From assembly GCA_000320545.1 (NCBI GenBank), contig ADNK01001199.1, positions 1-64,000 of the forward strand: DNA of 64,000 nucleotides. Reading direction: 5' to 3'. Shown in pieces: positions 42,013 to 53,715 of this stretch. The number at the start of each line of letters is the position of its first letter. Positions within the stretch are counted from its first letter, which is position 1. The position numbers and the translations under genes were made by a program. This stretch comes from Bigelowiella natans CCMP2755. Taxonomy: Eukaryota > Protista > Cercozoa. The notes below the pieces were generated by a model. It saw only the letters and a list, made by a program, of their open reading frames with translations, searched no databases and was not told the DNA's origin.

Positions 42013-43089
42013 ATGGGGGCTTGTGTGTCGGATGAGAACAATGATTCCAACCCTGATTGGAAAACTCAGAATAGTGCTCCGACAAAGAGAAAAATATACA
42101 AGTTGTTACTGTTGGGGGCGGGCCAAAGTGGGAAGTCGACCCTGTGCAAACATATGCAACACCTTAAGGGGGACGGGTTCACAAGAGCGGAAAAATACGA
42201 TCTCATCCCTATCATGAGGTCCAACACTGTTGGCTATATGCAGACATTATACACAGAAACAATAAATCATGCCGACGAAAAAAAAAATTTGCAAATTCCA
42301 AAGGAATTAAAGAACGCATTTGAAGAAATAGAAAGAGACGAGGAGAATCTGTTCAAATTGTCAGAAGATTTGGCACAGAAAATTGCTGAACTATGGAAAT
42401 GTGAGGCCATTCAAGACACATTTAAAAGAAGGTCAGAGTTTCAATTGGATGATTCTGCGGAGTATTTCATAGAAAAGGCTGAAACTCTCGCTAGTAGTAA
42501 GTATTTCCCATCGGAAGATGACATTATAAGAAACAGAGTTCAAACAGTCGGCATAATTCACACCAATGTAAAATTCACAGTGCAAGATACAGAATTTGAA
42601 ATGATAGATGTTGGCGGGCAGCAAAGTGAACGAAGAAAATGGGGAAGTGCTTATTCAAATATATCTGCAGTAGTTTTTGTTTGCGCCCTAAGTGGGTATG
42701 ACAGCACAATTCTGGAAGACGAAAAAACAAATAGACTCGAAGAGTCACTTGAACTATTTGCTACTGTTGTTTACAATAAAGAATTGAAGGACAAACCAAT
42801 AATTTTATTTTTAAACAAATTCGACCTCTTTGAACAAAAGATTAGGGAAGAGCGGACTCCAATTACAGTATGCACATTGTGCAAAGATTACACTGGGTCT
42901 CCAGATAGTACCAAAGAGTCCGTGCGTTACATTGAGAAACTTTTTAAAGGACGTGTTGGGAAAAAACGAGAGTTGTTTGTCCACCGAACCGTTGCAATTG
43001 ATAAGAGGAACGTTTTGAAGGTGTTTCAATCTGTCAAACAGTCGGTGCTGCAAGAGTTCCTCCAGGAGGCAGGATTGATACGAATCTAG
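42013..43089 (+). CDS. Heterotrimeric G protein alpha subunit, intronless
   Basis: MGACVS lipidation site, GAGQSGKST, RVQTVGI, DVGGQQSERRKW, LFLNKFD, TVAID. Confidence 0.95.
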   Translation: MGACVSDENNDSNPDWKTQNSAPTKRKIYKLLLLGAGQSGKSTLCKHMQHLKGDGFTRAEKYDLIPIMRSNTVGYMQTLYTETINHADEKKNLQIPKELKNAFEEIERDEENLFKLSEDLAQKIAELWKCEAIQDTFKRRSEFQLDDSAEYFIEKAETLASSKYFPSEDDIIRNRVQTVGIIHTNVKFTVQDTEFEMIDVGGQQSERRKWGSAYSNISAVVFVCALSGYDSTILEDEKTNRLEESLELFATVVYNKELKDKPIILFLNKFDLFEQKIREERTPITVCTLCKDYTGSPDSTKESVRYIEKLFKGRVGKKRELFVHRTVAIDKRNVLKVFQSVKQSVLQEFLQEAGLIRI

Positions 43090-43862
43090 CAAACACTCAG
43101 ACGTTCCAGAACTTTGAACGTCCTCCCTTTCTAGTTGGTTTGGAACTTTATGCGCTCGATTCTTAGCTCAAAATCAGGTGCAATGCATATGACTAGATGA
43201 TGAAATCCATGATCTTGAGGAAAGAAATACTTGACCTTGGCAACTTGCGAGCGTTTGATGTTGTGAGTCGCTGTACATGAATCCTCAAGAATCTCGATTG
43301 AGCACCAGAGTCAGCGGCGCTTCGCAATTGACATGGTCATCACGTGCTCATTTGATGTGCGTGCGTGGCCTTGCATCACGGATCAAACACGCCAGCCAGC
43401 ACAGTCTAGCAGTCTAGCAGCTTGCCTTCGCATCAAGTAGATTGAACCTGCTAGCCTAGCTAGCCTAGCTGAGTCTTTGTCCGAGGCTCTCAAGTCTCCG
43501 CCGGCAGCATGCCAGCATGCCTGCTAGCGTGATGATGGCGCTCGCACAAGATTCGCTCCTAGCTAGCTAGATGCATCGATGCTCTTCCTTTTGACATCTG
43601 GACATCACGCAAAGAATGAGCTGTTGGCTTTTTCTTCTGATGCGACTGGCCATGGTGATTGCAAATCGGCAGTCACTTTTTTTGAGACACAGTCTGGACA
43701 GTCTAGCAGTCTCGAAACTGAATTCTGAGGAAGTCAACACGAGGGCTGTGATGAGCGGGAGATCTCCCATGCACCAGTCTGGCAGTGGGCCTCAGCTAGC
43801 TCAGGTTTGTCTAGTTGTTCCAAGAGGGTTTGGGCGGCGGGACAGCCAGCGGGTGTCAATCT

Positions 43863-44188
43863 TGTAGCGCGTACCACTACGCGGGCACAAGTCACGTGCG
43901 ACAACAAAGGGGTTGTCGCGGATATAGAATATAGATAACGTAGATATTAATACAGCATAGGCACGTGGGTTCCGGCGGGACTCATGGCAGCACACCGGAA
44001 GTGTGCTGCCCCACGTGCGGCGGCATTCGCGAAAGCTTCGCGAATGATTACGCAGTGCACGATTTAATAAAAATATAATCTTTAATAAAAATAAACACAA
44101 CTCTTCAAAAGGAAGCAAACGTGCCTTTCCCCCCCCCTGCCTACTTGTGCACGTAGCGCCTCGGCCTGTGAACACCTTACGCGCAACA
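43863..44188. mobile_element. Solo LTR (326 bp) with 4-bp target-site duplication
   Basis: TG...CA ends with terminal inverted repeats TGTAGCGCGTA / TACGCGCAACA (10 of 11 match). ATCT flanks both sides (43859-43862 and 44189-44192). Internal TATA-like and AATAAA motifs. Confidence 0.8.
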
Positions 44189-45127
44189 ATCTCCAGTCAG
44201 GCTGGCAGGGAAGTCCACTGCTTGTTGCTTGTGGTCGCTGCCGGAGGCATCGCAAGAAAGGAACGTTGAAGCGCCTCGTGCAATTCTGGAATTGCCTCCG
44301 AGCTGCCAAGTGTGCAGGTCCGGAGGTGAAAGCGACACGCCGCCAGCAGAGCCAAGCCAGCAAGGCGTTCCACGCGCGCGCGTTTTCCCGTTGCCACGCT
44401 CTGTTCCAGGTCGACGTGTGTTTCAGCAAGCCCTGCCATGATTTGGACAATGTTCACAACAAGTCGTACACCTTCACGATCAGACTTCGTGTCCCAACAA
44501 GCTCCAGAAGTTCTGCCGTTGAGTGTGAAGTTGCACAAAGTCACCTCGAAAAAGAACGCTGCCATGCTTTGCTTCCCCTCAGGAATGCACTCGAAGCGTC
44601 ACTTCGACTGATGTCACCTGCACGCGGCTAGTGGACAGCATGGAATGCAGACATGTCATCACCAATTTTGAACCACAACTCATCGAGCTAGCGAGGGAAG
44701 GACAGAGGGTTGCTCAAACTCGTTGCTTGTGAGAGGAACGCAAATGTCGAGAAAGGAGGCGAAAATTTCCCTCTGAACGTTTGAAATCCAAGTCGCAGAC
44801 TGGTCATCATTTGCGTCTATTCGGATGAAGAGGGAACCGAAAAATTGATTGAAAAATCTCACACGTCTCCAGGATCTCGAGACACTCCTTCTGAACCGCA
44901 ACAAGAATCTGGACAATCGGAAGGGGAGGGGTTCTTCTTTTTCTTCTTCCTCAGGTGAGAAGAACAAGCAGGCCTACTTGCAACTTCATTTGTGATCCTA
45001 AATTGAAAGGGTGTCCGTTTTTAACTCACACAGGCCAGGCACCGAGAACCCGAGAAGGGCTTCTTCCATTTGCACTTAAAGGAAGGCCCTTCCATATCTG
45101 GTCCGCACTCTCCAGTGAGGCTCCGAA

Positions 45128-48100
45128 ATGAGTGGCGGCGATCAGGTATGAAATCGTTGCATTCTTTTGTGTTAGTGCAGTGGTGGAAATACATGTGTTA
45201 ATGGGTAGGAGGCGCAGATGACTTCAAATCTCTTGGGCAATGACGATACGCCGCCATCCGCTACACCAATAGCGTCAATGAATGTACAACCGAAGAGGGT
45301 GATTGTTGAGAATATGAATTGTGCTTCGGAGGCAGAAAACTTCGTCATCGTGGTAAATCAGAGCATCAAGTACCTGTGTGTTTCTTTCTTTGCAACGATG
45401 GTAAATCGAACAATTTTTATTAATTTTTTAAGGTGAAGCCAGGAGATATGGTATCCCTACTCTTCGATAGATTACAGGTTACGCCTTACACCGTAATCAT
45501 TTATCGAATTTAACGAGAACGCACTCGATGACTTGTAGGACATCATTGATCTTGGGCGCCAGAGGAGGCTAAAAATTCTTCACGATGGAACTGAGCTAAA
45601 GCAGGACGACGTAATAATTTCATCTCAAATACTCGATGAATCCCTATGATTTCTAATCGTATCGATATTTTTGTCCTTCCTCTTCAAACGTAGAGACTTG
45701 ACGACATTGAGGATGGCGAGAAACTGCAGTTGTGGTTTGAGATGGAACGTGGAGATATCAAGGAAGCCACCGAGTAAATAATCCAAAGAAGATTTGGAAT
45801 TCATTCTATATTTTCAACAGTGTGATGCGCATCAAACGACCCCTTCTTTCTGTCTTTTTTACGTCCTCCTTGTTTTCCTCTCTGCGAACCTAGGACTGAG
45901 GCAGAAAAAAGTGGATTCTTGAATAAAGCGAGCAGCGCATGGAAAAGATTGTTATTCATGGAATTGGCCCAGATGGCGAACAGCGAAGAAAATTCCACCG
46001 AGATAGAAGATAACAACAAAGATAATGGCGAAGGGGAAGAAGAACCCGACGCTGCCGATGCTGATGATGATAGTAATGGTGAAAATGATGACAATGGTGA
46101 TAATAGCCAGCAGAATAATGCTCAAGTTTGCGTACCAGTGTCATCATCTTCACCACCATCAGTTATACGTCCTATGTGCGCCTTCGGCACAGCATGCAGA
46201 TTAGCACAGATAGATGCGCTCCACAGGGCAACTATGGACCATTCCAAATCACCATCACCCGCGGCAATTGGGGCCACAGAGGAGGGGGCGAAGGAAGAAG
46301 CGGACGAGAAAGCAGATGAAGCTGGGCAGGTAAATATTCAATGGACCCCTGCAATGCGATGCATGGTCCTATGGGAAGGGAAGCGACATCCCGCCCATAT
46401 TGAGGCTGTTGGCAATAGAAAAGCCAATGTCCACTTCCTCGAAGCTCACATTGCCTTCAGTGCCGAAGTTGAATTTGATAAGATGGCCTCCTTCCACTCT
46501 CTTGAACCTGCGGACGCAAAGAGAGGGACCCATGTCTATGCAATGTGGAAGGGGGATGGCTATATGTACCCAGGGGAAGTGACCCGGGTTCAAGAGGACG
46601 GCTGTATTGTTCGTTACGACGAATTCGAGACAGAGGAAATGCTTGTTCCCTTTCTAGATATAATGAGTAATGATGATATGGCTGCTGACGAAGGCGAGAG
46701 TGAGCCTGAGGGCCAATCAACTCCTAATGTAGCAGCTGACCAACGTGAATCGTCTGAAGGGCAGCAGCAGGATAGAGAGAAGCAGGAAGAAGAGAAGCGG
46801 GAAGCGAAGCTGCAACTAAAACCTCTGCAGACTCCCCGTTTCGAAATCGAATGGAATTGCATTCAGTGCACATATCTGAATGCACCTGGAACAACGATGT
46901 GCTCCATGTGTGGGGCTCCAAAGCCTGGAGCTGCTCCAACGACTTGGAGTTGTACAACATGCACATTGGTCAATCCCGCCGATAGAACTGTATGCAGTGC
47001 ATGTGGATCTCCCAAACCTGAGGACGACGAGGAGGAGGACAAATCAGAAGTCGAAAGTAGTGGTGTGAGTCCAAATGGTAATGCATCCAACCATAACACA
47101 CACACACAATACACGATTCAATGTGGAACTACGAGGAGGGGTATTGTGCATGCATGCTGTGCAGATGATGAGACACTGATTTGCAATTGCAGATGGAGGA
47201 CATAGCTCAGGAGAAAACCCTACAAATGATCAGATAGCCAGTGCCCAAGGTATACGGAGTTTCCGTGAGGAGTTAGAATCACCAACCACGGCTCTAAGTA
47301 ACAAAGAATTTTGCACCTTAATAATACACTCAGGTGAAAGCAGTACGGAAAACAGCAAATCTGGAGAGGAGAATAAAACTGAAGAAAACCAGGAAAATAA
47401 CGACGGCGAGGCTTCCAATAGTGGGGAAAATTTAGAATCTGGAGATCCTCGAGAAGATGATGATAATGACGACGATGACGATGACGATGATGACGATGAC
47501 GACGATGCATCGGCCGACACCTCGTTATCAGACAACGATCATGACTCAGCGGAAGAAACACCTGATGCTACCGAAGAAATGTTCATATATAGCGATAGTG
47601 AAGATGAGAGCGGAGGAATCGCTGAGCCAGCAGCAGCAGCAGCAGCAGGAGGAGGAGGAGGAAATCAGGGGGCAGAACAGGGTTCCAATAACGATGGTTT
47701 TGGTGTGGGTGACACCGTGCGTATACGCCCCGGAATGAACCCTTCGATGGGCATGCAAGGAGCTACCTACGACTCTATCGGAACCATTGAGGCCATCTCA
47801 GATGACGACCAAATAATTGAGGTAGTATGGGATGATCGTGACGAGGGTGAGCCCTGGACAGGCTGCCCGGATGATTTAGAACACGTTCCGGATGCTGAAC
47901 AGCAAGATGGTGGATTTCGGAGTTCAGGATTTGGAGGAGGAGGAAATGCCGCAGATAAAGACTCGGGCAAGCCTAAGAAGAGGAATAAGAGAGACGAGTT
48001 GCAACTTGCTTTATTTGCTCATATGAGGGAGTTTCCAAAGCACATACCGACAAGAGGGAAAAAGAGCGAGGAACAGTGCATGGAGCAGCTCAGTGTTGTC

Positions 48101-51100
48101 GTTGAACGCAATCTAGAAATGATGGATGAGCTTATCCGTTCCAATACCCCGCTCAATGAATTTACGGGTAAGTTGCAGGAAAGGATCACGGTCGTCGATA
48201 ACACGCTCGAAAGCCTTGCACTGAAATCAGCCGCTTATAGGGTTGCGTGTGTCCAAATGAGACAGGCGCGGCGCGCACGTCAGGGATTACCAACATCCTC
48301 AACTCACAGCATGCAGATGAAACTCTCCATTCTCAGCCTTGAGCTTACACTTCTTCCAGAATACAATCAGCACTGTCCACCTGAGCTTGTGTGCAAGTCC
48401 CTCCTTGCCATTAAGAATATGATCCGTAACAACACTTCCTCAGTCGACTCAATGCGACCTCTGATGGATTTTATTCGCCGATTGGTTCTGGGCGGACGAG
48501 ATGAGGATGGTGGTGGTGGTGGCACCGACAAGAAGAAGAAGAGTGAAGGAAGTGGTAGTGGTGGGGGTGGTGACAGCAGGGAACCCACGCTGCTGTCCGT
48601 ATTGCGAGAAGTTGGTCTTGAAAAATACGAAGCCAAGATATCACAGCAAAACCTTACTTTAAATGATCTGCTCGAGATCGAGTTTCCGGGGGACTTGCGT
48701 TCGTTCATTTCCACATTTCCTGAACGAATGCGGCTGTGCAAACGGCTGAGACAGATTCGTAGGCAGCAGGAACAGAAGCACCTGGCCAACAATCAGGGTG
48801 ATTACAGAATTATCGCTGTCGAGATGATGCTTGAGTGGGCAGTGAGTTCTGGCTCAGTGTCAACCATCCTCCTTGTTGCTAACTTGATGCTCGACCTAGA
48901 TGCAGCCTGTCTGAAGAAATATAAAATCTCGGCCGACCTCCTCAAGTCGTTCAGAAATTTCCTCTCCTTATCGCCAAAGAAGAGCAATGCCATTCATGCG
49001 GCCAAGGAAAGCAGCGTGAAAAGCACCGATAAGCTGCGGAATGTCAAGCCCCCGGAAGATCAGCGCAAGTACCTGATTGACTTCTCAGTAGGGCAGAAGA
49101 TCGACTGCAGGGACACAGCGAATTCATGGTTGACTGCCACCATAAAGAAGGATGAACAAGATCGCATCTTTATTGGATACGATGGATACGAGGAGCGATG
49201 GGATGACTGGATGCAGAAAACTTCCGATAGGGTCGCCCCCGTGAACAGCATGTCTAATAAGGCCTCGCCTCCACCTGACAAAGCTGATGTTCGTGATTCG
49301 GAAGGGAAGTGGCACACGGCGACACTGGGCGGAGTTTCGAATGATAAGATAACATACGCTAATAGCCAGGGTGACGAGATCGTCGTCATGAAACACGAGC
49401 TACATCGTTGGAAACCGGCAAACACTGTCATCAATACAGATTCTGCCCCAAATCCTAATTTTGGTGAAGGGAATTTCGTATGGGCTCGGTACTGGCCTGA
49501 AAGCTCTCGGAATCAGCTTCCAGGGTGGAAGACCGGTGATGTGCTGATGCATTTATTCATCATTTCAGTAATCTATCACTATTCGAGTTTGATAAAGTGT
49601 TTTTAACTTTACTCACAAATGTGATGTGAAGGGGGGGGTGGCGGGGGGTTGAATCCTTTCACAACAATGAAATATGCATTTGACACATCTTCCTTTACAA
49701 ACATATTTATCATAACAAAAATCTTACTAATTTCTAGGCGAGATTGTACAAATAGAGTCCGCGACTAGACAATTCAAAGTGAAGTTTGTAGAATCATCTG
49801 AAACGTACTGGTTCAGCTCAATCCACGGCGATGATGCACAGCACATCGAAGGAGTATTCTCAAACGACCTTAAATGGGAAGATCTTAAATCCAAAAAGGC
49901 AGTTTCAACATGGTTAGGGTCCAACTTCGATGAACAGCAGAAGCAGCACAAGGAACAGAAGCAGCAGAAGCAGCAGGTGCAGCCGGAAGGTGACAAGCTG
50001 ATCAGTAGTACCGAGAAGAGAGGTGTAGATAATGCCGATGTCGATGAGAAAGGAAATGACAGTAAGGAGGAAAAAGAAGAAAAGGAGGAGAAAGAAGAAA
50101 AGGTCGAAAAGGAAGAGAAAGAGGAGAAAGAAGTCAAAGCTCATCCCTCGACCCTTGCTACTTCTGATCCCCATGCTACTTCTGATCCCCTCTCTTCAAG
50201 AAAGATTACTCCCGGAAGTCGCCAACGTGGTGAGGAAGCAAAGGGGTGGAATCTGGGCAGTATTGCGTTAAGGCTGTTGGAGCATATTGCACATCTTGCG
50301 AGCACAGGCACTCCTGAATCTCGAAATTTGACCATTCCACATAAACTCGAGCTCCATTCATCCACCTTTAAGATTCTGCTACAGATTATGAAACGCACCC
50401 TTGGCGTTATTTACGCTACGGGTGATTCAGAATTGAAGGCAGGGAAAACATCCGCGTTATCACCTCACTTTCGTGTCGTGACGGCCGCGTTAAAGTTATT
50501 TCTGGTCCATGCACAGCACCTTGTGCAAACAAAGATTGATAGAAAAGTGCTCGGGCTACCGACAAGCTTCTTTAATGAGTTTCAAGAGCTAATTCAAGAT
50601 TTCTTCGATGAGCGCAGAGGCAAGAAGAACATATCGAAGGCAGTAGTCTCTGCGTTTCAGAAGGAAATATCTGAGGCTAGGGGCATCGCTGCAGAGTTGC
50701 TCGCCTCTGAATTCTTCCTCATAACACCTGAACAGAAGTTGCAACGGCTTATTGCCGCGATGCGCGAGCAGAAGGCGACAAATTGCGACATCGAACCGCA
50801 TCGCGAAACGTACCTGCGTGCGCTTATTGTGCATGTCTCGGATCCTTCCGTAATCGAGTGCTTATTTCGGCACGGCGAGATTGTCGGCGAGAACGTTACG
50901 CTTCTGTTGAAGCTCCTCATTCAAAGGATGATTATGCCCAACCCACTTGATTTCACTCTCCTTCAGGAGACGCTAGAGAGCTTGCAATGGCATTTGCTTT
51001 CTGCCATTCGGAAGTACCTCCGTGATTATGAAATTGCCAAGTTGTGCAATAAGCAGTTTAAGAAAATTGACGTTGATCACGCTGCCGTGAGGGAGCCTCT

Positions 51101-51939
51101 CCAAGCTGTAATGCTCGCTCATGAAAAGCGATGCTACAAGAATGTTGAAGATTTGTTTCAGATTCTGCGAAAATACTCGCGAACCGTACTTACTGAAGCT
51201 ACAAAGGTCGTCATATCAGACAAGACCTTCAAGAAACGGGATGTCAGTAAATCAGCAATGTTGAAGCTGGTGTCTACGCTCTTGCCATTCCTTGGGAAAA
51301 ATGTGTCGTGTTTACTCAACAAAGCCGATGGACAGTCGGCGGGGGGTCTCAAAATCTCCGACCTGAAATTGTGCAAAATCTCGAATAGCACGGGCACTTT
51401 AGCCGCGATCGAAAACTCAGCGGGTAACGCGCAAACGTTTGTGCACATTCCTCAAGGAGAGAGTGTGGTCATGTTCAATGTCGACACAGACGTGTACGCC
51501 TTTATTCCTATCCTAGACAACCACATGCACCGATGCAACTTTCAGAGGCGTGATGATCTAACGCCTTTAGAGAACGCAGACAGCAACGGGAATAATGCCG
51601 CAGCACCGACAGGAGGAGGGGGAGGAGGAGGAGGAGGAGGAGGAGGAGGAGGAGCACCCTCTACTGCCAGCTCCAACGCCGGAAATAATAAACCCAATGC
51701 CGATAGCAGTAGCAAGAAGGACAGCAAGCAGAAACAAACCGACAACAACAACACACAGAAGAAAGCAAGTGACATGATGACGGAATACTTCATTACTATC
51801 ACACCTCACATCTTGCATCTGATGAAGGTACCCCAATCAACAACAAACTTCACTTCTTCCCACAAAACCCTTACTACTATTACTACTACCTACCTACCTA
51901 CCAAATTTGTATTTTGAGAGAGAGATATTTGAGAGAGAG

Positions 51940-51981
<42 letters not shown>

Positions 51982-53673
51982 GACTGATATTCCAATATCA
52001 TGTTGGTGCTCAATCAATGTGTTTATGCGTTTGTTATTTAATTTAACAGGCAAGCGAGGAGCTTGTCAGTCAATTGGAGCTAGATCTCGATGGGGAGAAA
52101 GATAACAAAGAACGAGATGGCGATGATGGTAATGATAACCAAGAGGATGTCGCGTGGTTGCAGTCTCTAAGTCAGACAGCGGCGTGGCTTGTGGGGCAAA
52201 TCTGCACACGCTTGATCGTCGGTCCTGAGCTCTCCGGCGAAGAGGGCGCAACAGAAGTCGCCGGTATTGTTCAAGGATCGAAGAGATGGAATCTCTTCCA
52301 CGAAGGACTCTACAGCGTGATCGGCCAAAGCCAATTATTAAACACTCTCGATGCTGCATCGAATGAGTTTCGCAATACGCACACGGAAAACCTCGAGGGA
52401 TTCAGTAGCAACGGCAGCAGCAATTGGAATTACCAGGATCCTTTCAAATCGCCCGTTGTAGAACTGAACGCGATGATCAAGACATCTGGGCTTTTGGAGG
52501 AAAGGGCATTCCTGGAGGATCTCGTCGCTGAAGAGCCAAAAGGGCAGGCACGAGACTTTGTCGACTTTATCAAGAAGATGGATCGAAGTCTGGCAAGGGT
52601 TTATCAGGGAAAGCGAAAGAGACTCGGTGATCTGTTTCTTCGCGTCAGCTTCGCAGTAGCGTTATGGCAGCTAGGGCGTGTTAGACAGGTGAGGTACATT
52701 ACCTCCGCCTCCAGGAAGGAACCATCAGATAATAAAGCAGAGGAAAAAGAACAAAAAATAGCACCGGGACTCCATGAAAATGAAGACGACTACGATGATA
52801 TACCTGACATTGACAGTGATCCACCTCCCTTGAGCAGGCAGAAGTCACTGACAGCCGACAGTGAGGGTCTGAAGCGTATTCGCAACTACATCCGTCAGAA
52901 ATGGTTCTTCACGCTTCGTCAGCGTCAGGCAATCAACATTGATACGCTCCTGAAACGGGCACGCATCCTCCTCAATACTTTCCCTTGCCACCCTCGCTCC
53001 GAAGCCGACAAGTTCCTCGCCGCTGAGGAGAAGGAGAAGAATCGTGAGAATGAGAACAAGGGTGCCACAAGGCACATGGACCGCGCTGCAAGGGAGCTGC
53101 GAATGCTGCTCAGGAGCCACGGGATGCAGAAGCATGCATCGACCGAAAGTATCGTGATTGACGCCATCTTCGACTTCCTCATCGAAGGAAATCAACATGA
53201 AGAAGGGGCAGCATCAGAGGGGGGGGACGAAAAGCTGCAGGATAGCCTAACGACACCTCTTCAGTGGGATGAAATTGCTGCGAACTGTGATATGACAAAA
53301 GGTCTTTTAACACAACACCAGCGTGCAATTACAAGGCTGGTTGGACTGCGCATTCTCAAAGTGGCTCTGAACATGTCGCACCGGCCTTCTCTGATGAGCG
53401 AGATTCTCCGAGTTCATGTTCATTTGGCTCAGCTACAGAAGGAGCAAAGCAGCAGCGGGGTGAAGAAGCAAGTAAACATGGGTGCCTCTTACAATAGGCA
53501 GAGTAGCCTCATTACTAGGGACTTATTTGCAGCTCCCGTAAGCATAAAAGACCAGATAAACCATGAATACTTCAGAATTATCTCAGAGCTTATCTCGCGC
53601 AAATGTGCTTTCTGCGGACGGGGCGCATTAGAATCTGCTCAGAGGTGGGCATCCAATTTTCTCTGTCCCTCTC

Positions 53674-53715
<42 letters not shown>

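Noticed and set aside
43960-44050. Possible hammerhead ribozyme in the solo LTR (minus strand ctgccatgagtcc)
   Set aside because: No intact CUGANGA and GAAA core in the right arrangement on either strand.
43567-44631. Several overlapping 70-120 aa ORFs on both strands
   Set aside because: Explained by TpA depletion removing TAA/TAG stops; no protein motifs recognised.
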